Positions 14,501 to 28,400 of a DNA stretch of 64,000 nucleotides are shown piece after piece (within the stretch, counting starts at the first letter, position 1; each line of letters starts with the position of its first letter). The position numbers were made by a program, and so were the translations under genes. The stretch comes from Antedon mediterranea (lineage: Eukaryota > Animalia > Echinodermata). The notes beneath the pieces were generated by a model. It was given only the letters and a program-made list of their open reading frames with translations, had not been told where the DNA came from and ran no database searches. The stretch covers positions 13,166,101 to 13,230,100 of the forward strand of contig NC_092677.1 in NCBI RefSeq assembly GCF_964355755.1, in the 5' to 3' direction.

Positions 14501-17500
14501 TGTCATGATGTTAAATTAAACGGTGTAGATTGAACAAAAGCATACGTGTGATATGCCTACTACTGTAGTTATATGACGACATCAATAAACGGATTTCTAG
14601 AAAAGTCTGGTAACATTTTCAACGATATCTAAAAAGGTAAAGATTAAACCACATAAACCTAGCATAAAACAGAAGACAAAACATCATAATTTAGAAGCTT
14701 ATCCTAAAACTATTATCCTGGTACTATCAATACTTATTCAGAATTCAATAATGTTTTAGAAAAAATTTGAATAATTCATGCATTAAAACTTAAATACAGT
14801 ATCGATCTCTTATATCATGTAAATTATAAATGTTGAATCAAATTTACATGAATCAATAAACTAAATAAATGTTATATAAATTGATACTGTAACATTGTAT
14901 GGATTCACGGTACATTCAAAACAATGTCTCCCTTGAATGAGGGTAATGGCCCTGCTTTGATGTCCAAAATTTTAGCTTGGAATTAATCACATTGATTGAT
15001 GTTAAGTTTGTTTGAGTGTGCTTAAAGATCATGTATTGTCCCCCAAAAATATGAGGAAAAAAAATTAAATCTCTTTAGCCATGTAATGTGAATATTTGTT
15101 GTCCTAATTGTACTTTTATCTATCTATTAATTTGGTACGATCACTGCAATTGTTAAGAAAATGACTATCTACTCACGAGGATTTTCCTGCAAGTGTGCCT
15201 ATGTAGCCGGCAGCGATCATGATCGATTTATTCTCAAAATAATCCGATTAAATTTCATGTGAAGTTATGTTTATCTTATGTTGATCTTATGTTATGTCAT
15301 GATCTGTTCATTTATCATACACACTCATTTTACGGACAATGCACTTGTAAAAATTCATTTCAAATGGATTTATTCATCATAAACATAAACAATTCTACAT
15401 AGGATAGAAAAACAATATTATTTATATCAAGGCCGGTTATTCAACAGATACTGGAAATAATAATTCAAAATTAATTGATTAACTTAAAAATGTTTTTTTT
15501 TTTAAATTTAATTGCTGGTACGTGATAATTGTTGATGTTATTCCAAGAAAAGATAAGATATAACGCCACTAGGCATACAGAAAAAGTACAGCTCAATTTT
15601 AATCAATGAGGGTTATATTTACTTCGCACTAGGAATTTATTTACAATCGCAACTAAACTTCCAAACTTTCCACAAGGCAATGAACATGCTGGCTCTTTGT
15701 ATGGTACTATTTTCTAACACTAACCATAAATGTGTGTCGAGACTTCGTTACTTACAGTAAGTAAATCAACTAATATGCTTCCTAAAAATGAGATTACGAA
15801 TTATAACAAAATGAATTTTTTTAATTTACATTAGGAAAATCATATGATTGTTTTCCAGAACCTTGCTATTCCCATTAAAATAACATATTAAAATAAAGAA
15901 TTTTAAATTGGAAAGAAACACAAATGGTGGCAAAAAAGTCCCTCGGAAACAAGGAACATATAACAACTGGAACAGATTTGATTTTATAAACCAATAGACA
16001 AACTAGAAATAGTGGTGACTAACACTACAATACTTATCTTTAACAAAAATTATATTCTGCATTACGTTATGTTTGACTGCACATATTATGTTGTACAAAA
16101 ATTAGCAGAACCATCTTTTATCGGATGTTAATCTGAATCAATTCAAACTTTCAAAATATTATGCTAAACAAATGCATTGATCTGCATTCATAACATTTTG
16201 AAACACACAAAACGATAAGACAATTTGTTCCAAAAACTGAAATTTTAAAATTAGTATAGTAAGTAAACAAATATCGTAAAAAAACCTTATTAAATGATGA
16301 TGAGCATTCGGACGTTCTTTCTATTCAAATACTAGGTTACTCTATTTAATTAATGCACGAAAAAGTAAAATTACTCCCCTGGTTAATATAAATTAACAAA
16401 AATGAATTACTTGTATTATTATTGTAGGTCTAGGATTTTAGTTTAACCTATATTAAATGCAAAGTAATAATGAACATTAAGAATTAGTATGTTTCACAGC
16501 AGATCACATTTGCAAATGTTACTTGACACTACAATAACTTCGTAGCAATTTATTTAACGAGTTTGTGTTGTTTTTAGTTAACTATTAATACTTAACTATT
16601 GGTTAATGACATTTTTTAGTTAACTACCAATACTAAATTCTTGGTTCAGTGAACTAAATCAAATAAAACATAAACTATACTTATCTTTTTCAAATAAGAT
16701 TACGCGGTATTGTTAAGTATGCTTAGTAAAGCATACTGCCGTTGCCGCGCATTCGATTTGATTAAGTGGTGGCTTGAAGCCACTCTGTATGTGGAAATTG
16801 AAATAGATAAACTAATAGATTGCCCCTTCTCTGTTACTTTCCTTCTATAAATATTAATATAAGTTTAAAAGTAACCGGATAGACAATTTCTAATGCCTAA
16901 TAATACATTAATATGTTATTGTAATTGAAAAAGGTGCATTGCTTTTGCGCATTTTCAAATTGCGTAAGTGTAATTTGCGCATGACATATAATTAATACAA
17001 AAAAAAAATAACGATGAAGCAACGTATATAAATAATTTTAAACAATAGTATTCCTTCGCTTTTTATAAATCCTTAGAAGCTATGTTTTATGTAATCATTT
17101 TATTATTATTTTTCTTGAGAAATGTAAAATCTATGGATTACATCAGGGGAGTTTTTAGCATGGGAGAGAAAAACCAGAAATTGAATATTACTTAGTATTT
17201 TAAACGAGTATGGTATTGTATGTTTTCTTTAAACTTGGTTTTTATTAAATACGGACGTAGATGCAACGCAATTGGGTGCTATGGGTTGACCAATGACAAG
17301 CGACAGTTCGAATAATCCATCGATTGTGATTGGTTAAATAATTTCCGTTGCTTTTACGTCCTTGATTATTTCTGCGCAGCTATCCGAATTCTGCATAGCA
17401 ATTTAACACACCGTCACGCTTTATTACTTCTTAGATCCGAAAGTTCATTGTTTGGCTACAAAACATTGGCCTAAGACGACCTAGGCAGAAGTACGACTTT

Positions 17501-19441
17501 CGCTTTCTGCGAGTGAAATAATTCATTGAAAGCAACAATTGCTGCAGTCCATGTTAGTTTTTTTGTTATTTAAGAGAAGCGTTCTAATTTAATTATATAC
17601 CACGCGTCTTCAAAACTATACGTATATATATATATATCTGCTAGCTTCATTCCCTTGTACTTTACTATTTCTAATATTACGCGAGTATTTGCAGATGAGA
17701 TGGTCGTATCTATTCAGGACTAACCGTTAACATAACCGTTATAACTGCTTCCTAAAGCTCTGTCAACACTATTAAACTTGATGTGACAAAAAAGTGATGT
17801 GCCCATTATGGACATGATTATGTCATATATCACTACCATATTTGGGCATATCACACTTTTTTTTCGAACTAGTGATAGTGTTATTTGTATTTACTAGTGT
17901 AATGTTGTAATAAATTATAATTTATACATGTATGTATCATTAACATCATCAGCAGATAAATTTACATTAGATATTCAAACTTACGTATATTTAAAAAGGC
18001 TTTATTGGAAATTATCAATTTTTTTGATGATTTGCCTAGTTATCAGTACATTAATATAATTAATTGCAGAAACATGCTTTCAACATCTTAAACTGAATAT
18101 AAATTAACTATAACGAAGTGTAAACATGTAGGCCTACAGTAAAGTAAAGTCTGTCGCAAATGAGCAGTCTCGAAATGTTGACTATATGCTATAAAGTAGG
18201 CGTAAATCAGAAACACCAAAATAACAGTTTTATAATAATTGTCATATCTTATCATTTATTTCACCACATAGACCAAAAGAAACGTTAAATACTGTGTACT
18301 GTGATGCAGACTGATAATATTATATTCGCAAATATTACTTAATGTGGAAATATTTATAAATTCCTTTGTATAACTGTTTTTACTGGTCATTATTAGTAGT
18401 AGTAGTGTATATTATTTATCTTATGTGTAGGCCTGATAGTAAAAATAAAACACATCAGAAGTGTCAATAACGTTCATAAAGAATTACTAAACACGTTAAA
18501 ATCACAAGCTTTTTCTAAATAACCTAATTTTAAATGTCGTTTACAATGTTTTGCTATGGTTTTCATCAGTATAAATTCAATAAATAATACACTATCAAAA
18601 ACAGCCTAATAGGGATAACCGGTTACGCATGCATCATACTGTTCATTTATTGCTAATGGCCAACTATCAACATACAACACCGTTGTAATTACAACGCGAT
18701 AAATAATGTCTGCAGGGATACAACGTTGCATTTCAAACGGATAGATTTACGAAGAAAGCTTTTACTTGTATTGTGTAGTAGTAATCCAGCAACAAATAAT
18801 ATCATTAATTGAATCTATCAGAATGATAATACTGAAATATAGTGTAATGTCAGAATAATATGTTCTTTGATAATCGGAAATATATCAGAAGAAAAGTGCT
18901 AGTATTGCCACTCGATTAGATAGGCTTCATTTAAAAATGTAGGCATCAGCAGATCGTATGCCTCACTGTAAATGTACTTGGAATTTAAGATATATAATAA
19001 ACCAATGATTCAAAACCGAGAACAAAATGTCAATATAAAGTGGCATTTTCATATTTGTCACACTCGAATGATATCAAGATTCGTTACCAGGTGTTACTGT
19101 GTAACCGTGTAAAAATATGATAATGGCAACAATACAATCGATACAAACATCAGCAGATCGTATGCCTCCTCACTGTAAATGGGACTTGTGAATAATAATA
19201 ATATTATAATGTCCTTGTGAATGGATTAACAATAGTCATTACTTGAAGCCTCCAGCTTTAAATGAGAAAGCTCCCATGAGTACGTTTGTTGTTGATGTTG
19301 TAATTGCATTTTCTCATGATCGTTTTAATCCATGTACATGAACTTGTTTAAAGTTAGTTACACGGTGTATGAGTTCTTCATTTTCAATCTCCCCTATTTA
19401 ATAAATGTCGCTAGTATGATATAGCTTTTATTTATATTTTC

Positions 19442-19481
<40 letters not shown>

Positions 19482-22400
19482 TTCTGAAAAATTTAGAAAA
19501 TACTGTAATAACAAATTCAAAAATTGTCGCTTGTTTTGTTTTTTGTTTCTTTTAATTTAATAAACAACACCACACCCATCACATAAAAAAAGTCAAATTG
19601 TCGCTTGTTGATGTACTGCGTTTTCCGCGATGGTTAGGGGATTGCCTAGGTCCTTAATTTTTTAACTCTTTTTTTAGCAATAAAGCATTGGAAAATGTCG
19701 TTTTAACAGTACATTTTCTTTATTTAAGAAGTATTTTTTAAATAAGACACAAAAATTAAAAGATGGACAAATAAAATGAAATAAATAGGATTGTATTGAT
19801 AATTGAAAACATTCAAATGTATAATGCTAAATAAAACAGATACATTAAGGTATACTGTCGTTATAAACTAAACTCTGAAACAAAATGTCAACCATCTAGC
19901 CATGATTGATTCTGACTTTTAACATTGTCAAGAACATCTTATGCTCAATAATTTTACATTTATTTCCCTAGATAGTGGATTTATCGATGAAGATGGTTTG
20001 GATTTGTTTTTCAAGGATCTGTTATGCACAATGACTGACGATAGGGTAAGTGTGCCGGTAGCCAAGATTTTTACATGAGGGTTCTATTTCCGCAAAAAGG
20101 GGGAAGTGTCCAAAAAGGTTCATCATGAGTTAGGTCTCTTTACTAGAACTTTTTTGTTTTTAAAAAGAACACTTCTTCTTTCAAACACTACGGGCTTGTG
20201 TATGCCATGTTAATTCATTTTCATGTGCGCCTTGCGTCAAAAGTCATTCGGAGCACACAGCATGGACTGTCAAGACTCAATGCGTGTCGCTTTCCGATGA
20301 ACAGTAACATTCCTAAAAACATACAAATTGTTTCCGCCGAAATCTACTTCGGTGGAAGAAGGTTTGAAAAACCAAACGTTTTGTTTTAGTAGTAACGTTC
20401 ACAATTTGTGTTTATTTACAAACACTGTTTATCAAATTACTAAATCTTGGTTCCTAAGACACACAGTTAGGGCGTACACGCAATGTAAGTTTATTGACGA
20501 ATCACAAGCGAAAATTCGGATGTTCATTGCGCTTAGCACTTACGTTACGCCAGTGGGAACCAATAAGATTAATTCGTACTCGTAATATAAGCAATCGTAA
20601 AAACGTAATTTTAAATGTATGTTTTAGATTAATCCTGTGTATGTCAAATAATAAATATTTCTACTCAATAAAAAATGTCATGGGTGGATATGTTATTTAC
20701 TGTACATTTACATAACTTACATAAAAATGATATGTTTAAAATAAGTATTGAAAAAATTACCTTTCAGCATGTTACGGACGAGATGGTGAGCGATATGAAA
20801 TCTTGTTTTATGGAAGCTTACGATGATGCTGGCGACGGAAAGATCGCCATGTCAGAGGTATGTAAAACTATAGAATTTATTCGAATAACCTAACTCTGAC
20901 TTTAACTCGGGTACTTAAATGTATATGGATGCCTTAATGCATACAGAGACGCATACATGTCTAGGGCTGATGCCTTAATGTCTTCGAAGGAGGCATGAAT
21001 GTCTAGGAGTAATGTTGTTTTAAAAGTAAAGTTAAAAAGTATCTACAGGAACGTTCACTAGCTCTAGAAACTATTTAATTAGCGCTTCTTCTTTTTTCGA
21101 TTGTCCTTTTTGCTGTTTTTTTGTAATTTTTTATATGTTGCTTTGTTTGTCTTTTTTGCTGTTCTTTCAAAGGACCTCATTGGAAACAAGTCCGTAGAGG
21201 ACTTTTATGAGTTATCCTTGGCATTCTTGTTTTATTCTGGTATTTTTATATTTGCCAATTTTAATTGTATGTCTGTGATTTTTTATGTACTGATGCCGAA
21301 ATAAATCAAATCAAATCAAAAGTCTGAATGTCTAGGAGAGAGACCGAATGTTTAGGGATAAATTCTGAATGTATACTGTAGTTAGGTTGATGCAGCAGCA
21401 TGCATGTCTAGATATGAAGCCTAAATGTATAGGGGAGACACTCGAATGTCTAGGGGTAAATTCTAAAAGCATAATTTAGGTGATGCTTGAATGTGTAGAT
21501 ATGCTGCCTAAATGTCTAGGTGTAAATTCTGAATGTATAGTTGGGGTTATTCAAAAGTGTTTAGGTGATGCCATAATGTATAGGGATGTTGCCTGAGTGT
21601 CTAGTCACTCTGAATTCATGGAGTGACAACTAAATGCCTGGGTGATGCCATAACAACATTAAGTAGAATGAAATGTATTAGAGCAGAAGGAAATGTTTCT
21701 AACGTTTCAATAAATATTTCAAAACATCATCAGTATGTATTCACAAACTGCAATTATTAGACACGGTTCCAGAGTTTGAGTTTAACTTTTATTGATAAAA
21801 CGCTTGGAAATTAATTCAGTAAATACAATATTTAATTAAAAACTCTCGCCATCATCAAAACAATATGGCAACGGCGCTTTACGAACGTAGCAACAAAAAT
21901 ATTATTTCATTATCATGTTATTGATTTTTTGCCATATGAACACGCTCTGTTATGATATGACCCGCCCTTCACTAACAATAACCAATTTCTTTAACTTTCA
22001 CATCAATTTACAGCAACACACGGTCCACTATAGCAGCATATAGTATGACTAGGTGAATATTTTAATAGGTGACGGCAATTTATTTAGCAAACAAACACAG
22101 CTTTTACAGTCAGAAGTGCTGTTTTTCTAGCACTCGTAGTTAAGTGGCCATTTAACCAATTATCCAGTAATGGACATTTGGATTACATTATTATTAAACG
22201 ATGCTTGTTAATGTAATATTACATGTATAGTGAACACATTAGTTTAAACATTCACCAGTGTGAAAGTAACATTAAGTGCTCTTAATGTACAATACATATT
22301 GAACATAAAAAGCAAACAAGAGAGAATATCTACATTAACTCTTATATCGTATATTGTATTATCATGTTGCCGTCTCTCCTTATTAGCAACATACTCGGCC

Positions 22401-25400
22401 AGAAATGTACTATGTAAAACGCATGAGTCAAGTAAAGCAATTAGTAAGCTAATTTACATCATCTTACCATTGTAAATGTTATTCATTTAATCAAGTAGGA
22501 TATATTATAAATGCAAAATGCAAAATACGTCAAGCATTATGACCCAATTCCACCTACTGTATAGCCTAATTCAACATAATATTTAATGCATTGCACTTAG
22601 AACAGGACAACTTAACATGATTGGCATTCGTTGTTTACTGATGAAGAGACCACACCCACGATGAGATTAGTATTATAAACGATTGGCATTATACAGAATT
22701 TTAAAAAAATAGAATGTTTACTGATGAAGAGACCACCCACGATGTGATCAACTGTAATAGATTGGTGCACATGTACATGATTTCTAAATAAGAATGTTTA
22801 CTGATGAAGAGACCACACCCACGATGTGATCAACTGTAATAGATTGGTACACCTGTACATGATTACTAAATAAGAATGTTTACTGATGAAGAGACCACAC
22901 CCACGATGTGATCAACTGTAATAGATTGGTACACCTGTGCATGATTTCTAAATAAGAATGTTTAGTGATGAAGAGACCACACCCACGATGAGATCAGCTC
23001 TAATAAATTGGTACACCTGCACATGAATTCCAAATAAGAATGTTTACTGATAAACATACTACACACACGATGAGATTAGTATTATAAATACTAATATATA
23101 TATATATAATATAACATATACAGAATTTCTTAAAGATAATGTTTACACCCACGATGAGATTAATGTAGTAATAGATTGGCATATTGTATACATGATTTCT
23201 ACAAGAAAATGTTTACTGATGAACAGACCAAATCAGTGCTTAAAGCGTGGTTCTCACTAGCGACGCAACGCGAGGACGTAACGCAACGCAAGTTAATTGA
23301 CCAATCACAAGTGATGGCTTATTCGCTTGTGATTGCTAACTGTCTATAACTTTGCTTGTCATTGGTTAAAACGCTTGCGTTGCGTTTACGTCCTTGCGTT
23401 ACGTTCTAGTGGGAACCACGTTTTACTATTTTTTCGTATACATAAATTGAGACTATACCCACGATGATGCACTTGCTTGTTTCTATATTTTAATACATTG
23501 ACATTTTGTAAAAAAAAAACATTCAAAATTGTCTGAAAGAGAGAAATAAACTTAGAAGCTTTAATCTTCATTAAAAAGTCACTGAAACTCAAACTACTCG
23601 ACATTTACAACTTGAATTTATATATCTTCACAAATCTATATTATTTAATATCTATTTTACTCAACATTTTAAGAGTAGTGCCATTAAGATGTAAAATTGA
23701 GGTTTAAGAGATAAGTAAATTCTCCGTAGTGAATTAGATTTTACTATCAAGGTTGTCATGTGTGAGAACTATCAAAATATGATTTCATAAATTATTCTTT
23801 ATATTAGCTTTACTTAGTAACAAACTATTAACAGAATAGTTCTAATAATGAGCAGATAGGCTTATTGACCTTTCCAGTCCTTTTAAATAAGCCCATTCTT
23901 GTATTGTATATAGAGAAATCTCATATATCGGACATTTAAATTTGTGGAAAGAGCCAGTGGACAGAAAACTCCAACCATGGGCAGATTCCACTTATTTGCA
24001 TAATACGATACAGTATTATAGATTACATTACAAAATTTGACATAAAAACAATCCAATATCTTCCAGAGACTTCTTGTTTATACATTATAATAATGCATCG
24101 GTAGTTTGTACACAGCTAGTTACTTGCAATTATCAGAAATAAAACCTCATTTTATACTGAAAATAAGACGTTTTAAGAGACTAGTTTTTGTTATAGCTCT
24201 GATATTTATCTAATGGCTTCTTTGATCCTGAATGGCTAGTAATAATACTATATGTATCATTTGGTACATCGTGTACTTTCAATTACTTAAAATATCAGGT
24301 TCGAGTTGTACATTTTACATTAGCAAACGTACAGTACAGCAGCTCTACGTCGTGAGAATGCATTTATTGATTGTTACTTAGAATTTCAAATTGAACAGTG
24401 CGATAATTTATTAACTTGAAAAAATGGCCGAGGTATTTCAATTACTGGTTTGAGCAGGAAAGAGTGAAATTCCCTGGTTAGAGTAGGCATAATGTAAATA
24501 TCGAATTAAAGCCATTAAACTCGTGTTATATGTTTGGTTGCTTGGTGACTTGTTCGACATGGTTTGCATACTGTTTGTAGTAAGTCCTACACGCACTAGA
24601 GAAGCTGTACACAAGTGTTTGACTTTTATTAGGGCCAGGGTTTTACCTGGGAGGAGGTGGTTATGGAAACTGTGGTATTATGAACAATCTTTCGATGTTG
24701 GATTGTAGATATTTTAACGAAAATGACACGTGTTGAATACACATTATTACATTTATTTTTGAAACGGAATGTAGTAGGCCCTAAGTTGTATTGGGTGTGT
24801 GTCAAATGTTTGTTTTATTCTACCAAAATAAAGAATTTGCTTTACGCGCATTGCATTATTTTGACCAATCACATACCGCAATTCGAATAATTCCTCGCTT
24901 GTGATTAGTTAAATTCTTTTCGTAGCATGTACTGTGCGCTCTAGTAAGAATCAACTTGTTTACTCTGTTAAGCCGATTTTCCACTAGGCGAATTTGTTCG
25001 CGCGAATCGAAGGCGTCAGCTAATATGCATGCGTAGAGAAGGATTTGGAAGACGTAAACATGAATACACATGCGTACAAGCTGGCGCGTTCGATTCGCGC
25101 GAACAAATTCGCCTAGTGGAAAATCGGCTTTATGTAGTTGCAATTTCTTGACGTCAACAATATGTTGTCAGCGTCTCAATAAACACCACGAACTGTAATT
25201 TAATACATATTTAATAGCTTAGCATAATTTACAAAGGAAAAGATATCTTTTACAATGTTTAATTATTCATAAATTTTGTTATTGATATTTTGTAATAAAG
25301 CATGAGCTCCGTTTGCTAGACGCCATTTGAAGAGCTGAACGTGCGTCTTACTTACACTACGTATACGCAACGTATATGAGTCGACCAATCACAAGCAACA

Positions 25401-28400
25401 GTTTGATTAATCCATCGCCTACGTCCTTGCGTTGTTGCGTCCAAATGGGATCAAATCTTAAATTAGATACAGTACATAAACAATTTGGTTTTTATTCGCG
25501 TGCAAACGAAAACTAAATTTGCGCACGCGACTACAGCCATGTATATGACCCTGTTTACAAAGAATCATGTTCAAACTTAAGTACCTAAATCCTTATCTTA
25601 AATAGTCTTTTCATCATTAGTGTACTTTTAAGTACTTTCTAGCCGGATTAAGGATACTGTAAATGTGTACCTGCCGGATGGCCGACTATTTAATGCACGA
25701 ACGTCAACAAACTATAGCTATAGGGAAATGTGGACAGGTTTGAAACCATTAGCAGAAAAACATCTCCAAAGACGTCATGATAAGCTTGATCATCTTGTTT
25801 CCTGTCAATACTAATAAAGAGAATAGCATGAGCAACGATTCGTTGGGATGGCGCTGTACAAATGGAAACTTTACATTACATTGCATAAAGCTCTGTCTAC
25901 ACTATCAAACTAGATTGACAAAAAAGTGTGATGTGCCTAAATATGGTAGTGATATAACCAAATATGGTAGTGAATGACATCATCATGTCCATTTATAGGC
26001 AGATCTTAACTGATGCGTAGGAATAATAGTCATATAAGCTAAAACTTTCACAGAATATAGCATAGTACGGTATTACAGTAGCACGTGACACATCAATCTG
26101 TATTGAATCCACAACTTAGCAGCAGACACAATTGTCAAAGAAATGCCAAGCATTCAGATTTTCGGATTATGAACATTGTTTATTCCATCGGAGTGGAGTT
26201 GTGGCCTGGTGGTTATGATGCTTGGCTGCCTATCCAAGGGTCCTGGGTTCAAGTCCTGTCATATGTCAGGATTTTTTCTAATGACAATTTACAACTCCAC
26301 TCCCAAAGACTTGTAATAAAGACTTTGTTTATGTAGAGCATTGTGTGTATATGTTTGTCTCGTGAACGATAGTGATTGAATTTGCTTATGGTTATCCTTG
26401 GCAATTTGCCTAAATATATAAAATAAAAAAATAAAAATTACATGTTACAGTACAACATGGCCAGACTTGCATTTTTTTTTTATTCAATCGAAACCAACAG
26501 CGATAATTACCGCCACTAACAGGTTTGATACAAACAAAGCCAGGACTGTTTAAAGCACCTTGATTGGTCCTAACATTGATCAAGGGCTTCTTTCGTCCAG
26601 TGCCCAACTTGACCAGAGGTCTGAGGTAGATACTAGATGCAGGGGCTGCCATAAGAGTCAGCAGTGCTGCCTAACGGGACCCCAGCTAGCTCCGTATACA
26701 ACACCCGCTATTCCCAGATGGTCTCCCATCTCTAACCAGGCTTAACGTTGCTTACCTTCGGTGATCTGACGAGAACCGGTGTTTCAACGTGGTAAATCAT
26801 TGGTTGATCCTTCCAAATATGACATTAATTGACGTTATATAATTTTAGATGTTGTGTAGTTTCAGTGTTGACTAATCGAAACATAGGCTACGATAGTACT
26901 GTATGCTAAGATATAATATAGGTGTTATTTATTACATGTTACAGTACAAAAAGGTTAGATTTACATTGATTGATCCTTCAAAATATGACATAATTGACGT
27001 TATATAATTGTAAGATGTTGTGTAGTTTCAGTGTTGACTACACGAAACATACGCTGCAAAAAACAGATGCTATAGGATATAATAGTAGGTGCTGTTTTAC
27101 ACGTTACAGTACAACATGGAAATTCGAAATATGACATACACTAGTGCTGTTGCAATTTTGTAAATTGATAATGAAATACTATTATCTTTTCTGGGAATGA
27201 CACTTTTACAGTGACACCTAACCACATGAGATGAAGAATAAATGTACAGTGAAAAATGAAACACCATAGAAAAGACGATTTAATAATAGGTAAACGAATT
27301 TAAAAAGATCAGTAATGCATTTACCTCATCAATCAAACATAAAAATACATCTATGCAATGGCTCATTAGTATGATATAAATTATCTTTCTCATAACGTAT
27401 TTAACACACTTATTTCACCTCTCAAATATCCTTCGTAACTAATGACACATGGTTTTTCATCCAGTTTTTAACAAGTGAATTGAAAAAAAAATGTTTATTC
27501 TGATTATAAAGCTAAATTTTGTAAAAGAATTAAACAATAATAAATGATGGTCATTACTAAAATATATTGCTTTGTATACTAACACAATTTGATATACTTG
27601 ATTATCTATTTACCACATTTCAGGTATTCAATAATACATAATTAAGGTATAATTAAGTAAGTTTGTAACAATAAAGGCAAAAACACAAAACAAGATCCAT
27701 GCGGTGGCCAATATTCATTAACGTTTATATTAACATAGCATCAGCGACCTTGTTTTGGGGTTTCTCAGTTCGCCATGGAAAATAAGCCAACTTGGGTGTT
27801 TTATTATTAGGCTTCTTTGCTTAAATTAGTGGCTAATTAACAGTGACAATAGTCAAAATATTATTATTTTCTAATTGACATGTTTACAGCAAACGTTAAA
27901 TCTAATTTAAGTTGAGACAGACTACAGTTATAAACGTAAATTGTACAGTAAATAAGCATTAATCCAGACCTTATTATTCACTAATGTTACTAGTGAAAAG
28001 GACACTGCATAAGTCAAGACATTGTATTCAAAACCAATCTTGAATAACAGATTTACTACTTACAATGATCGACTGAAGTTAATCGAAATGCTGACTGATT
28101 TATATGCATTTTAACAAAAAATTGATCTCGTGTTTTAGTTAAAGTTTAAGCATTCGTTCTAATCCAAATTAAAGATAATATTGGTCACGAAATTGCAATC
28201 AGACCCATGAGTTTTTGTTAAGCTCTGTCTACACAATCAAAAGTGTGATGTGCTAAAAAATATGGTGGAGATATACCCAAATATGTAGTGATATGACGTC
28301 ATCGTGTCCATATGGGCACATCACATTTTTTTGTCACTTAAAGTTTGATAGTGTAAACAAAGCTTTACATTTGAAGCGCACGTAATCATGTTAGTGATAA

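Noticed and set aside
26697-26793. Functional 5S rRNA gene
   Set aside because: The 5' end is clipped, there is an internal deletion and no T-run terminator, and it is fused to a body plus A-tail with a target duplication.
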